A DNA stretch of 63,028 bases, the filler included, from Collodictyon triciliatum (taxonomy: Eukaryota), in assembly GCA_043381765.1 (NCBI GenBank). It is 55 parts of 55 records of this genome, joined end to end, with 100 filler letters (N's around TTAATTAATTAA, not from the genome) between each part and the next. Parts side by side here need not be neighbours in the genome. Positions count along the whole stretch, not along the records: positions 36,791 to 37,855 come from JBHJMP010012542.1; positions 37,956 to 39,001 come from JBHJMP010012543.1; positions 39,102 to 40,147 come from JBHJMP010012544.1; positions 40,248 to 41,293 come from JBHJMP010012545.1; positions 41,394 to 42,439 come from JBHJMP010012546.1; positions 42,540 to 43,584 come from JBHJMP010012547.1; positions 43,685 to 44,729 come from JBHJMP010012548.1; positions 44,830 to 45,874 come from JBHJMP010012549.1; 47 more parts are not named here. One strand, 5' to 3'. Below are positions 36,691 through 47,505 of the stretch, piece by piece. The notes under the pieces are model-generated. The model saw nothing but the letters and a program-made list of their open reading frames with translations. It was not told where the DNA came from and did no database searches. Made by a program: the position numbers and the translations under genes. Numbering within the stretch: position 1 is the first letter of the stretch; every line of letters begins with the position of its first letter.

Positions 36691-36790
36691 NNNNNNNNNN
36701 NNNNNNNNNNNNNNNNNNNNNNNNNNNNNNNNNNTTAATTAATTAANNNNNNNNNNNNNNNNNNNNNNNNNNNNNNNNNNNNNNNNNNNN

Positions 36791-36931
36791 AGGGATATGC
36801 GCCCTCCCATCCCGATATTGTGTCCGCCTTCTTATCACTCTCTCATGGTGGAATGTTGGGACGGGTCGCCCAGAAATCGGCCCAGTTTTAAGGATGTGCT
36901 GACTCGTCTCCCACAGATGTCAAGCGATTAG
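36791..36931 (+). CDS. Protein kinase (TKL-like) C-terminal end, subdomains X-XI
   Basis: RDMRPPIPILCPPSYHSLMVECWDGSPRNRPSFKDVLTRL..*. Confidence 0.88.
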   Translation, partial: RDMRPPIPILCPPSYHSLMVECWDGSPRNRPSFKDVLTRLPQMSSD

Positions 36932-37547
36932 CATCCGCACAGTGGAGATAGAACTGATGGACCAAACACAATTCTGACTCCATTGATTGCTGCCTATCTA
37001 CATCACATCACATCACATCACATCACATCACATCACATCACATCACATCACATCACATCACCATCGATAGTATACGCTATGCCTGATAAAGTTAGTCTGC
37101 TTTCTTCGATAAACTTACCCAATCACGACATCAGTGAGTTCTATCCCGTGAATTACTTTGCCAGTCATCTCCCAAGAATTAATGATAAGAAACAACAATG
37201 CAAAATAATCATAATTATGTATCGACTAGCTGTTCTCTTCCTCACGCTCCAACAAAAGATGTGGTTTGGATGGTATGCAAGAGCTTTTCTCTACATATTC
37301 CTTGTTCCTTCCTTCATCTTCATTTTTTTCGTTTATTAAACGAGTTCTTCATGGGTTTTTGGGATATCTATTAGTATCCGTATTTCTCATTAAGATGACT
37401 TTTTCCATCACCGGTTTGCTTGGCGTGCTTCTTGGCGATTTCGTAGTCGTAGTCCTCCTGTATATATAAGGAGATGCATTGCGATTATCTTGAGCTGACA
37501 ATACCAAAAATACAGCGGTAATGCAGAAGTGATAGAGAAGCTCTCCC

Positions 37548-37578
<31 letters not shown>

Positions 37579-38478
37579 CTGTTGCTGAACGATGTTCCAG
37601 TTGGGCTCATATTTTGGCTTCTTTTGGACTTGTGGCGAGGGTTTCTGCGCAGATTACATGACCCATGAGTTTTGTTTCTTAAAACCATCGGTAAGAACCG
37701 AGTTTAGTGAACGCTAATGCTTATATTTTTATGTATGTATGTATGTATGTATGTATGTATGTATGTATGTATGTATGTATGTATGTATGTATGTATGTAT
37801 GTATGTATGTATGTATGTATGTATGTATGTATGTTGTGCCACAATAGTATGTATGNNNNNNNNNNNNNNNNNNNNNNNNNNNNNNNNNNNNNNNNNNNNT
37901 TAATTAATTAANNNNNNNNNNNNNNNNNNNNNNNNNNNNNNNNNNNNNNNNNNNNTCTTAATGATTCTTTTACCACCTTTAAAGCAACAACTACACTTGC
38001 TCATAGGGATACGGATTCTCTGGATATTGCCTACCCTTGGCCCTCGAGTTTTTTTTTTTATCGCAAATAAACTAGTCATGCACCTCATCTTTCTGGTTGT
38101 AGGTGGTCTCTGCAGCGACCATTGTATTTATTCGTTTATATTTTTTTTGGCATATATGCATATGCTCCCTAATTTCAGACTCTCGACATATCATCTGCTG
38201 ACCCGTCTACTCTTTTGTATTTGGCTGGAATGCAATCATACGCCCCACGCCCACAAAAAGGTGTTCTAATCACTCTCCCATGATTCATTTCTAGATGATG
38301 ACATTTGTTCAGTATACAACTGTGCGACAGAATGGTTTGCTTGTTGGTGGCGTGGCTGCTTTCTTCCACTTTACGCTCCCCTTTTACCTCAAAATCGCGT
38401 ATGGCTCCTCTGCTCATCACATTTAATTGCGCAAAGAGCAAGAGAAAAAAAAAAAGCGAATCACAAGTTCTACTGAAC

Positions 38479-38510
<32 letters not shown>

Positions 38511-39101
38511 CTCATAAAACAAAAAATATAAAATTAATCTCACAAAATACACAAGTTCAACTATAGGATGTAAAACCTTGAATATGCAGCGCATATATGC
38601 AAAGTCTTGTTATCACAATTAGATTCATTTATTATTATGATTCTGTTTCGTCCATCTCAAATGCCTTTACAGCAAACATATGCCTTTGAAAAAAGCATGA
38701 CCAATTCTATCCAAAACTTAGAAGAAGCCCGTGAGAAATTAATTAAAAAATGAATCTAGTGTAAAAAAAAAAAACCCCTGTTTCAAATTGATGGCGAATT
38801 AAAAAGAGAAGGGAGAGAGTTTGTGTGAAGAATAGAGAACAAAATATGCAAATTCATGACTGATTGTGAATTGGTTCTTTCGAGTGGTCTTCTATCCTCC
38901 TCTGTTTGTGCAATGATGACTCCAAAGCGAACTGAAGAATCAAGTGGTGTGCACGTTCCCCAGAGTAAATCTGTGGCGATGCGTGTCGGAATGATGGGAA
39001 TNNNNNNNNNNNNNNNNNNNNNNNNNNNNNNNNNNNNNNNNNNNNTTAATTAATTAANNNNNNNNNNNNNNNNNNNNNNNNNNNNNNNNNNNNNNNNNNN
39101 N

Positions 39102-40147
39102 ATCCGACTGGAGTTCTTACTGACTCAGACGATTTTAGTCCGCGTCCTCCATCACGCATCCATAATCAAGAGAAACAACCAGCTGATCAGACAGCCACTG
39201 AGGCCGAAACAAACCAGAAAGTATGTCGATATTATCCAAAAAAAAAAGGGACTATTTTATTTAAACTTTTTTTAAACTTTCCATCAAGTTTCTTTGATCA
39301 GTTCGTACACCAAATAAATGATATTCATACTTTTAATATATATATCACGTGTGCAATCAGATCGAAAATGAGGTTTACGAGGAAGGCGAAAAACGGCCGA
39401 CAGAAGCTCTTGTCCACTCAAGCGCTAATGATAGTCATGGTACAGAATTACATCTTGAACCAGTCTCAATCCCAGTTCCGGAGCCGATATCAGTTCCATC
39501 ACTCGATGTCGTTCAACTGCAGAGCAACACAGGCACCGAAGTTGTTGAAATCCCACAAGGGGAAATCGCAGAAACACAAACAAATATAAACCCATTAACA
39601 AGGAAGCCGCGCCAAATGGAAAACACTCAAGTCGGTTCTGGTGTGGGCTTTCATCCACAGTCATCGGAAGGTGTTTTGGGACAAGAGAGGTATCCCGGGA
39701 GCTCGCTTCCTCTCTCGCTGCAAGTCCAAGGTGGATTCGGATTGGCTCAGCAAGAAGCTATTCGCTTCCAAAACGCACTCGCATTTGACATTGAGCAACT
39801 GAAGGAATTCGTTATGAGGTTTCATTTTGAAATACTCATGTTTCCTTTATATATTTATATATATATCGCCATGATTCATATCATTCTCTAATATTTTGTA
39901 GATTGTGTGAACAATTAATGTAATTTTGTTTGGTTTATGAGCAGAACATTCCCAGTTTGAATTGTACTGAAATGTCTCCACTCCTCTGATGCATACACAG
40001 AACTCATTTTACTCTGGTTGTGATTCTCAAAAAATCTTAATAGACCGGGACCAAACACCCTTTTCGAATGTACTATTCGAAAACAAAAAATCGATGGGCA
40101 TACGGCGTATACTTTGTATGATGAAGTAAACAACAAGTATCTTCTGA
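39102..40147 (+). CDS. Tubby-like protein fragment: disordered acidic N-terminus plus start of the Tub domain
   Basis: Splicing ATG AG|gt..ag|A CCG gives IEQLKEFVMRPGPNTLFECTIRKQK..AYTLYDEVNNKYLL, which resembles the Tub domain start (L.EFV.RP.P....C.I.R.K...Y.L......FLL). Confidence 0.7.
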
Positions 40148-40247
40148 NNNNNNNNNNNNNNNNNNNNNNNNNNNNNNNNNNNNNNNNNNNNTTAATTAAT
40201 TAANNNNNNNNNNNNNNNNNNNNNNNNNNNNNNNNNNNNNNNNNNNN

Positions 40248-41151
40248 AATGGAATCGCTCTATCTAAGAATTGGAGGAAACATCGCTAGCCTCCAAGATT
40301 CCCAACCTCCCCAAGCCGATGATAGCCCACCAAGCTCTCCTTTAAACCATGGAGAGGACGCCGAGGAAAGGGAAGACTAAGCCAACTCGGTAACAGAATC
40401 GGGAAACAGCATAATGGCACCCAGCAAACCGCTGTCACCAGCCTCCTTAGATGTCATGGCTCCTGGAACCACCCAAGAGACTCTTTCTTCAGCAAGTACT
40501 ACACAATCCATAAGAAGCAACATCCCAGACTCGGGATTGGAAGAACAGCAGTCCATCCAACCTGTCGTCACCATAGAAGGTTCTGCTGAAGAAGAAAGTG
40601 AGCACCTTGAAGCTTCGAGAACGACAAATGACTCCTCAAGTACTGTTTATGGGAGCAGACCTGCTGTCGAAACTCTTGCGACTCCCCAGCGAGAAACCCT
40701 TCCTATCCAAGAAAAAGAAACGTAGACGAATATAAAACACCGGTTACTCATCTTGCAATCACTAGCGCCAAAAAAGACCGAAACCGTCGAAGATAAAGCC
40801 TTGCCCGATGAAAAGAGAGTGAATCAGTCAAGTACACCACCGAATATAGCGAGCCAGAAAGCAAGCCAGAATGAAAGCGGAAACATGGGTGGCTCTGCCT
40901 ACCGCGTGGATGAGGGAGAAAAATTGGAACCGAGGGTTTCTAGTGACCAACAGAGTGCATACCCCAACACACCAGCTACAAAGGGGGTGCAGCCAAAAGC
41001 CCAAGACCATACGACAAATCCTGGCCGAACCGCGAGCAATCATAACACCGGCCGAATGAAGGATAACTCGAATAAACCATCCCACTCTGAGCAACCCAGC
41101 TTCAGCGGAGAGGGCCAATCACCGGAGGCTACGGCCTCCAAAAGCCAATAG
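40248..41151 (+). mobile_element. LINE ORF1 C-terminal low-complexity region with two in-frame stops
   Basis: One S/T/P/E/Q-rich frame interrupted by TAA at 40378 and TAG at 40723, ending 7 nt before the APE start codon. Confidence 0.65.
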
Positions 41152-41158
41152 ACTACTA

Positions 41159-41293
41159 ATGCGTTTTAACGTTCTGTCGTGGAACGTCCGGGGGATTAAC
41201 GACCCCCAAAAAAGAAAAGAGGCCCTAAACACTGCTCTTTTCTCTCATGCAGATATCATCTGCCTCCAAGAAACATGGCTCAGCCCTGATAAT
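41159..41293 (+). mobile_element. LINE ORF2 start, APE endonuclease (L1/Tx1-like)
   Basis: MRFNVLSWNVRGINDPQKR..ADIICLQETW. Confidence 0.93.
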
Positions 41294-43059
41294 NNNNNNN
41301 NNNNNNNNNNNNNNNNNNNNNNNNNNNNNNNNNNNNNTTAATTAATTAANNNNNNNNNNNNNNNNNNNNNNNNNNNNNNNNNNNNNNNNNNNNTTTCTTT
41401 TATCTTTTCTTTTATCTTTTCTTTTATCTTTTCTTTTATCTTTTCTTTTATCTTTTCTTTTATCTTTTCTTTTATCTTTTCTTTTATCTTTTTTCTTCTT
41501 TTTTCTTCTTTTGATTTGATTAATGATATGTATCATATATTTTGACAATACCGCTCCTCTCTCTTCCCGTCGATGATTCGCTGAACCTTGTCGATATTTT
41601 CCTTGAGCATATCGAGTTTTCTCTGGAAGTAGTCGGATGCGCCTTTAATATCCTGTGAGTGTGATTCAACCGAAGCATCATGTGAATACATGGCAGATCA
41701 ATCGAAGCTGCGACTTCACTGTATGGATCTTCCAGAATCAAAGTATCACAAGGGAATAGGAAAAGATTGAGAATATGTAACCTTATCAGCATAATATCCT
41801 GTGCCGATATCAACAATCACTGTGTTAGTTTTGACGAGTTTGCCGGGAACATAGAGCTGCAATCAAGCGAAGTTTTGAGGTGTTTCTTACTTTTAATTAC
41901 ATCTAAGCTGGTTGGTTCAAATGAAAACATAGACATGATGGTAATAATTGATGCGCTTACTGAGCTAGTCAGAGGAACGAGAATCTTGGTTCCTTTGATG
42001 AATAAGTGATTGGAAAAATGAAGCTGAAATAAAACCAAGTAGCATGTTATGGGTGAAAAAAAAGTAAGATACCTTCGTTTTCTGGTGTCAGAGTTTTGAG
42101 AGCATCTTTGGAGTCCACAAAGCGGTTGTGCGCAAGGCCGAGTTGGTTCAGTGAGAGAGTCAACCCCTCCAGATCCTGCGGTGTTATTTTGAGTGTTTTG
42201 TTTTATATTTGCCATTATTTTCAAGAATAGCCACAGCATCACATAGCAAGGCCAGCGGAAATAAACAAATATATATATAAACACTTGCGAAAGTGAAAAG
42301 AAAGGTACAGTTTTAGTGAACCAGAGTTACAACAGTATTAAAAAAAAAGACTATAAGCTCAACAACAACAACAACAACAACAACAACAAAAAAAAAAAAA
42401 AAAAAAAAAAAAAAACGAAAAAAATAATAAGTAGATTTTNNNNNNNNNNNNNNNNNNNNNNNNNNNNNNNNNNNNNNNNNNNNTTAATTAATTAANNNNN
42501 NNNNNNNNNNNNNNNNNNNNNNNNNNNNNNNNNNNNNNNAATATTTAGACGGTTTGCATCTTAGAAGTAGTTTCATTCCTTCTATATCTCTACATCTAAG
42601 CTGGCTTGATATGTCATTTTCAATAGTTCGTTTTGTACTGTGTCGGATTATAGGTTTCCATTATAATAGAGTAAGAAGTGAAATGAATAGTTAAAGGGAT
42701 AGCTAAGCTGGTGGCAGCTTCTGTCTTACCTGCTATCGAAGAGTTATGGATTGTGGAGTATGAATGACAGATAATGGGCAAGATAGTTTTATGGTTGATA
42801 GGACATGAATGTAGATTACAAATATATCGTTAAAGAGTTAAACTATGATTTCAATATTCTGTTACACACATATTTTTATTCAATTGATTGCATACTTCAC
42901 AAGATTCATTCATTAAAATAATGAGAAAAGAGTGTGTCATAGAAAACAAATGCATGTAAAAGAGATTATTATTAAGATGCCACCGACCGAAGCAAGTCAG
43001 TGATAGCGAGCTGGTCAGGTAGGCGACTCCACTGGTTTAAATATTGCTTGTGTGCTGAA

Positions 43060-43584
43060 GAGCAATTTGATCAAGTCTTTGCCATCGAGAATTGCGGAGG
43101 GTCAAGTGTGTCTGACAGGATTTGGTTGTTCAATCGAAAGGAAACAAAAAACGGAGCTCTGTGTGATGTAATATAACGTGAGTGCCATTCCCCTTTGTTG
43201 TTTGGGGCGAATGTAGCTGGGGTTGTGTCTGTGGAGTGAAAAAATCGATACAAAATATCGCCGCCGACACCCTACAAAAAGTCAAAACATCAACGATGGG
43301 GAGAAACACTGGGCATCACCCACACCCTGCTCACCGCAAGCTGGAGACAAGCACGAATCCGCAAGTCCTTCCAAATCACTGCTCTCTAATGCTTAATATC
43401 ACCAATAGGGAGCTATGGATAGGCACACACGCGGCAAAAGCTGGCAAAGTCTCCCAACAATGCACACTTCGCAGCAACGGTGATGAATCCATTGAGCACA
43501 CATTTATGCAATGTCCCTTCGCTCAAAACCTGCGCGAAACAGCCGGTGAGATTCTTCGACTGACACTCAAGACGGCTGCGGCTG
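43060..43584 (+). mobile_element. Decayed LINE ORF2 3' fragment with inverted 5' segment (about 43060-43245 on minus; 43246 onward on plus)
   Basis: Both parts align to consecutive parts of the 34501-35339 ORF but on opposite strands. Confidence 0.85.
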
Positions 43585-43684
43585 NNNNNNNNNNNNNNNN
43601 NNNNNNNNNNNNNNNNNNNNNNNNNNNNTTAATTAATTAANNNNNNNNNNNNNNNNNNNNNNNNNNNNNNNNNNNNNNNNNNNN

Positions 43685-44729
43685 ATGGATTCACGAGAGA
43701 ACAAGTCTGGCAAATGTTTTTCTGTTGGATTTCAGCAAAGATGTCGAGGATTTCAACATCGATATGAAGGGATTTAATGTTTCGGATGTTGAAAATGCGA
43801 ATGCCTTGGAGAATATTGGCAGAACAAATTTTGAGCTTAAAAGGTAATTTCTCTATTATAACAAAATCGAATATTTGATTAATACTTGTAAAACCCTACA
43901 TATTTGTTAACTAATGTGCATGCATTTAGATTGGACCAAGTAGTTGAATACTTCCAAAAGGCAGCTGCTATCAGAAAGGAGACACACACAATCATATCAC
44001 TGAAAGACACCCATCAGATTGACAACATTATCCGATTCATGAAGGATAAGAAAGAGGATGAATTAGCCAGTCAGCTTTACAGAACGCTGATTCATTTATT
44101 CAGCAAGCTTTACTCCATGGATTATCTTGGAATATGGAACAGCTGCGAAGATATTGACAAGATTTACATGGAACTGAAGCAGCATAAAGAAGCAGTGGCA
44201 TTCTGGACTGAGATGAGAGACAGATTCGCTGATAAAGTCGGATGGATTCACGAGAGAACATTAAATTCATGCGAATACTTGTCGGTTCATTCAAAGGAAA
44301 TTGGAATCAACAAAGAGCCCGTGGAGTTTACAAGAGTCAAGGAATTCATCAGTGAAACTCTTGATGATGCAAAACTGGATGAAGAATGGAATTGTGAGCT
44401 AATCATCGCATCGTTATTCAGAATTGTCTACATGTCAAAGACTGATGAAAGCAAATCAAAGGCTGCATCTGATGCAATCACACTTTTGAATTTCATGAAC
44501 GTTTCGTTCGGTGGGATGGATTTATCAAACATCAAAATTCCGCATGCAAATCTCAGTAACTCAATCGTTGATGGTGCAATCTTCACTGGTGCCAACTTGG
44601 ATGGCGTTGATTTCACGAATTCGATGCTTGGTGATTGCATTTTTGATAATGCGCATATGAGTAATGTAAAATTCGGAATTCTGAATGATAAATTGGAAGG
44701 CCATACAAGTGATATCATGAGTGTTTGCA
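43685..44729 (+). CDS. Pentapeptide-repeat plus WD40 protein fragment (architecture typical of NACHT-pentapeptide-WD40 proteins)
   Basis: AASDAITLLNFMNVSFGGMDLSNIKIPHANLSNSIVDGAIFTGANLDGVDFTNSMLGDCIFDNAHMSNVKFG followed by LEGHTSDIMSVC. One intron at about 43844-43929. Confidence 0.85.
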
Positions 44730-44829
44730 NNNNNNNNNNNNNNNNNNNNNNNNNNNNNNNNNNNNNNNNNNNNTTAATTAATTAANNNNNNNNNNNNNNN
44801 NNNNNNNNNNNNNNNNNNNNNNNNNNNNN

Positions 44830-44969
44830 TCTTTGTTCTTCTTCTTGGCCTCGGTTGCCTTGGGCTGGATTTTCGCGAGGTGGGCCTTCTGCTTTTCAGA
44901 TACGACGCGTTTGGACTTGGGTTTTTTTTCTATGGTATCCATTTCGTTTTCGGAATCGCTCATATCCAT
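44830..44969 (-). CDS. Small acidic-then-basic virus-like protein, 3'-partial
   Basis: MSDSENEMDTIEKKPKSKRVVSEKQKAHLAKIQPKATEAKK. It starts 28 nt from the divergent penton ATG. Confidence 0.6.
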
Positions 44970-44997
44970 CCAAAGAAAATAATTTCTGAGTTAATAC

Positions 44998-45762
44998 ATG
45001 GAGAAAGCTTATTGCCTTCACGTTGATAGTGCCAATAGATCAAGCGGCATTATATCAGACTTTAATTTTGCCACAACACAAAACAGATATGTTGCATCCT
45101 CAGTCAGGGTCGCACTTGAAAGTATTCAAATTCTTTATGCCGTACATAATGTTACGAGTGCCAATAATGAATTAGCTTTTCTTTGTAGTGTCAGCGGCAG
45201 CCCTGTTTCTTACAATATTTCACTAGAAACTGGCTTGCAAACAATCAATGAAATAGTCAGTGACATCCGAACAAAAATGAACGCGGCAACAGCGTCCCAG
45301 TCAACCAATGCAGTTGTTTCTGTTTCAATTCTTACTGGCAAGCAAAAGATAGCAATCAAAGGAGACGGTGCAAGTATTTCATATGAGCTGTTTGTGAATT
45401 CGTCAACGTGTCGGGACCTCATAGGACTGACGGCTAATTTAACATTCAACACTAGTTTCGTTGAGCTGCAGAATATGGTCAATGTTCGTCCGTTTGATTA
45501 TGTGTATTTGGTCAGCCCGAATGTCCAGAGTTCGAGTTTTGCCAGTAACATAGGCGGCAATGGCATCATCGCAAAAATACCGCTGAGTGTTGGTTCACGG
45601 TACTCTAGCTACTTTGAGGTGAATGACAATATCCTAGAGAATCTGATGGACTGCAGTTATATTCCGTTCAGCTGGAATTTCCGGCTGGTTGATAGACTGG
45701 GGAATACAATCAATCAACTTATGGACTATTCTTTTACATTGCGGATTATTCCAGATTTTTAA
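44998..45762 (+). CDS. Polinton-like virus/virophage-type minor capsid protein (penton, single jelly-roll), complete, 254 aa
   Basis: LHVDSANRSSG..SDF; VALESIQI...HNV...NN.L; I.LETG..TINEIV; LIGL; N.VNVRPFDYVYLVS; IIAKIPL; FRLVD..GN.I...DYSFTLRI. Intronless with minimal intergenic gaps. Confidence 0.85.
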   Translation: MEKAYCLHVDSANRSSGIISDFNFATTQNRYVASSVRVALESIQILYAVHNVTSANNELAFLCSVSGSPVSYNISLETGLQTINEIVSDIRTKMNAATASQSTNAVVSVSILTGKQKIAIKGDGASISYELFVNSSTCRDLIGLTANLTFNTSFVELQNMVNVRPFDYVYLVSPNVQSSSFASNIGGNGIIAKIPLSVGSRYSSYFEVNDNILENLMDCSYIPFSWNFRLVDRLGNTINQLMDYSFTLRIIPDF

Positions 45763-45776
45763 ATCTTGCCTAAAGT

Positions 45777-45874
45777 ATGGGTTTTTTCATAACAGAAGAA
45801 AAGGAACTACCGGAATTTTCCAATCAAGACGCAAACAAAGTATTAAAAGTCGATCCGAGCGGGGTTTATCTACA
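45777..45874 (+). CDS. Start of a downstream viral ORF, possibly a fibre-like protein
   Basis: MGFFITEEKELPEFSNQDANKVLKVDPSGVYL begins 14 nt after the penton stop. LP....D..KVL.V...G resembles a motif of viral fibre proteins. Confidence 0.45.
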
Positions 45875-47317
45875 NNNNNNNNNNNNNNNNNNNNNNNNNN
45901 NNNNNNNNNNNNNNNNNNTTAATTAATTAANNNNNNNNNNNNNNNNNNNNNNNNNNNNNNNNNNNNNNNNNNNNATTATTATTCAAACAATTGCACGATT
46001 TTAATAGGATTCAATATGATGAAACAGGTATATGTTATGTATATCAGGAAATTAAATCTATAATAAAATTATGAATAAAACATGTTATCAAGGAAAAATA
46101 TGTCAATCATTTGCTTACATTTTTCACATTTCGTATATAAATATTGATAAAGTAAAGAAATAATTAATAAATTAGTTGTTCAATCATGTTCTCTTTATAA
46201 AGGCTTCTTAATGCACAAAACATCCAATATTTTAATTAAACGACCAAAAATATATCATACATTTAATTTGTTTTTTCAGCATTCCAAAATTGGATGAGCG
46301 GATTATATGGTGTTAAAAATCAAGAAGTGGTTAATGACTTGTAATTTTAATATCTTATCGATTGTTATATTGATTACTCATGAGATTTATGGGAATAACA
46401 TTAAAATTAAAATGATATATAAGATAATTAATTTAAGTGCAAGTATTAATATATTATTCATCAGATGAATATTGTAAAATATAATTTCATAAGATATTGT
46501 TTACCAGAATCAGTGATATCCTGTGAAAAATTGCTTTATTTGTTGAACATTTATCTTAATATTCCTCTAAATGGAAAAATATAAATACCAAGAAATTCCA
46601 AAAAAAATTAATCAAGCTATTATTAATTATTCATTATCACAATGTGCATATTCGTCGAGATACACTGATTCAATTAGTTTATTGCTTCCGTATAATATTT
46701 ATACATATAATTAATCAGACAATCATAACTTTATAATAGTCATATTATTAGATAACTTACTTTGATATAACGATAAAATAAGTGCTGTTCGCTTGACTAT
46801 ATCGAATGAATATCATACAGGAGCAAACAGAAATATTTCCTTTAGAACATGTATTTCGATAGAATCTGATAGAAATTAAAATTATGATTTAATGTAACTT
46901 GGCAAATTGTCTTTCAGTTAACTATATTATTGATTATATATAAAATATTTTAACCCTTGAAGTATAACCGTCTATGTACAAAATAGGGGCTCAAGCGATG
47001 AACTACATCCTAATATTCANNNNNNNNNNNNNNNNNNNNNNNNNNNNNNNNNNNNNNNNNNNNTTAATTAATTAANNNNNNNNNNNNNNNNNNNNNNNNN
47101 NNNNNNNNNNNNNNNNNNNATTCACCTGTTCACTGCAATTCTTTTTGTTTTGTTCTCTTTTCTTTTGTTTCTCTTTTCTTCTCTTTGGTTTCTTGTTATG
47201 TTTTATTTTCATTTGTTTAATTTTTTTTCTTATGTTCTGCTTTATTTTCGTTTGTTTTATTTTTTTTGTATCTAATTTCATTTTGTTTTTGTTTTTCTTT
47301 TCAATCTTTTATTATAT

Positions 47318-47505
47318 TCCTTTTAATTTGCGCGACATAGTAAAGGATTTGGTATCGAATATATGGTCATTGCTTGCATGGACGCTTACTGGTGTCAGTT
47401 TGGCACGGAGAATCGGGCTGTAATCAAGAACTGTGTACTGCGCATTGGCCTGTAGGCTGGGTCTTGTGCTTGCATGAGAGAGGCAAGGTCAGGTTTAATC
47501 TCTTC
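47318..47505 (-). mobile_element. Second copy of the putative LINE 3'-end repeat, followed on minus by an A-rich tract
   Basis: Homologous to 4302-4511. Confidence 0.55.

Noticed and set aside
45975-47019. Very AT-rich contig as organellar or viral DNA
   Set aside because: No ORF, RNA gene or repeat structure could be supported.
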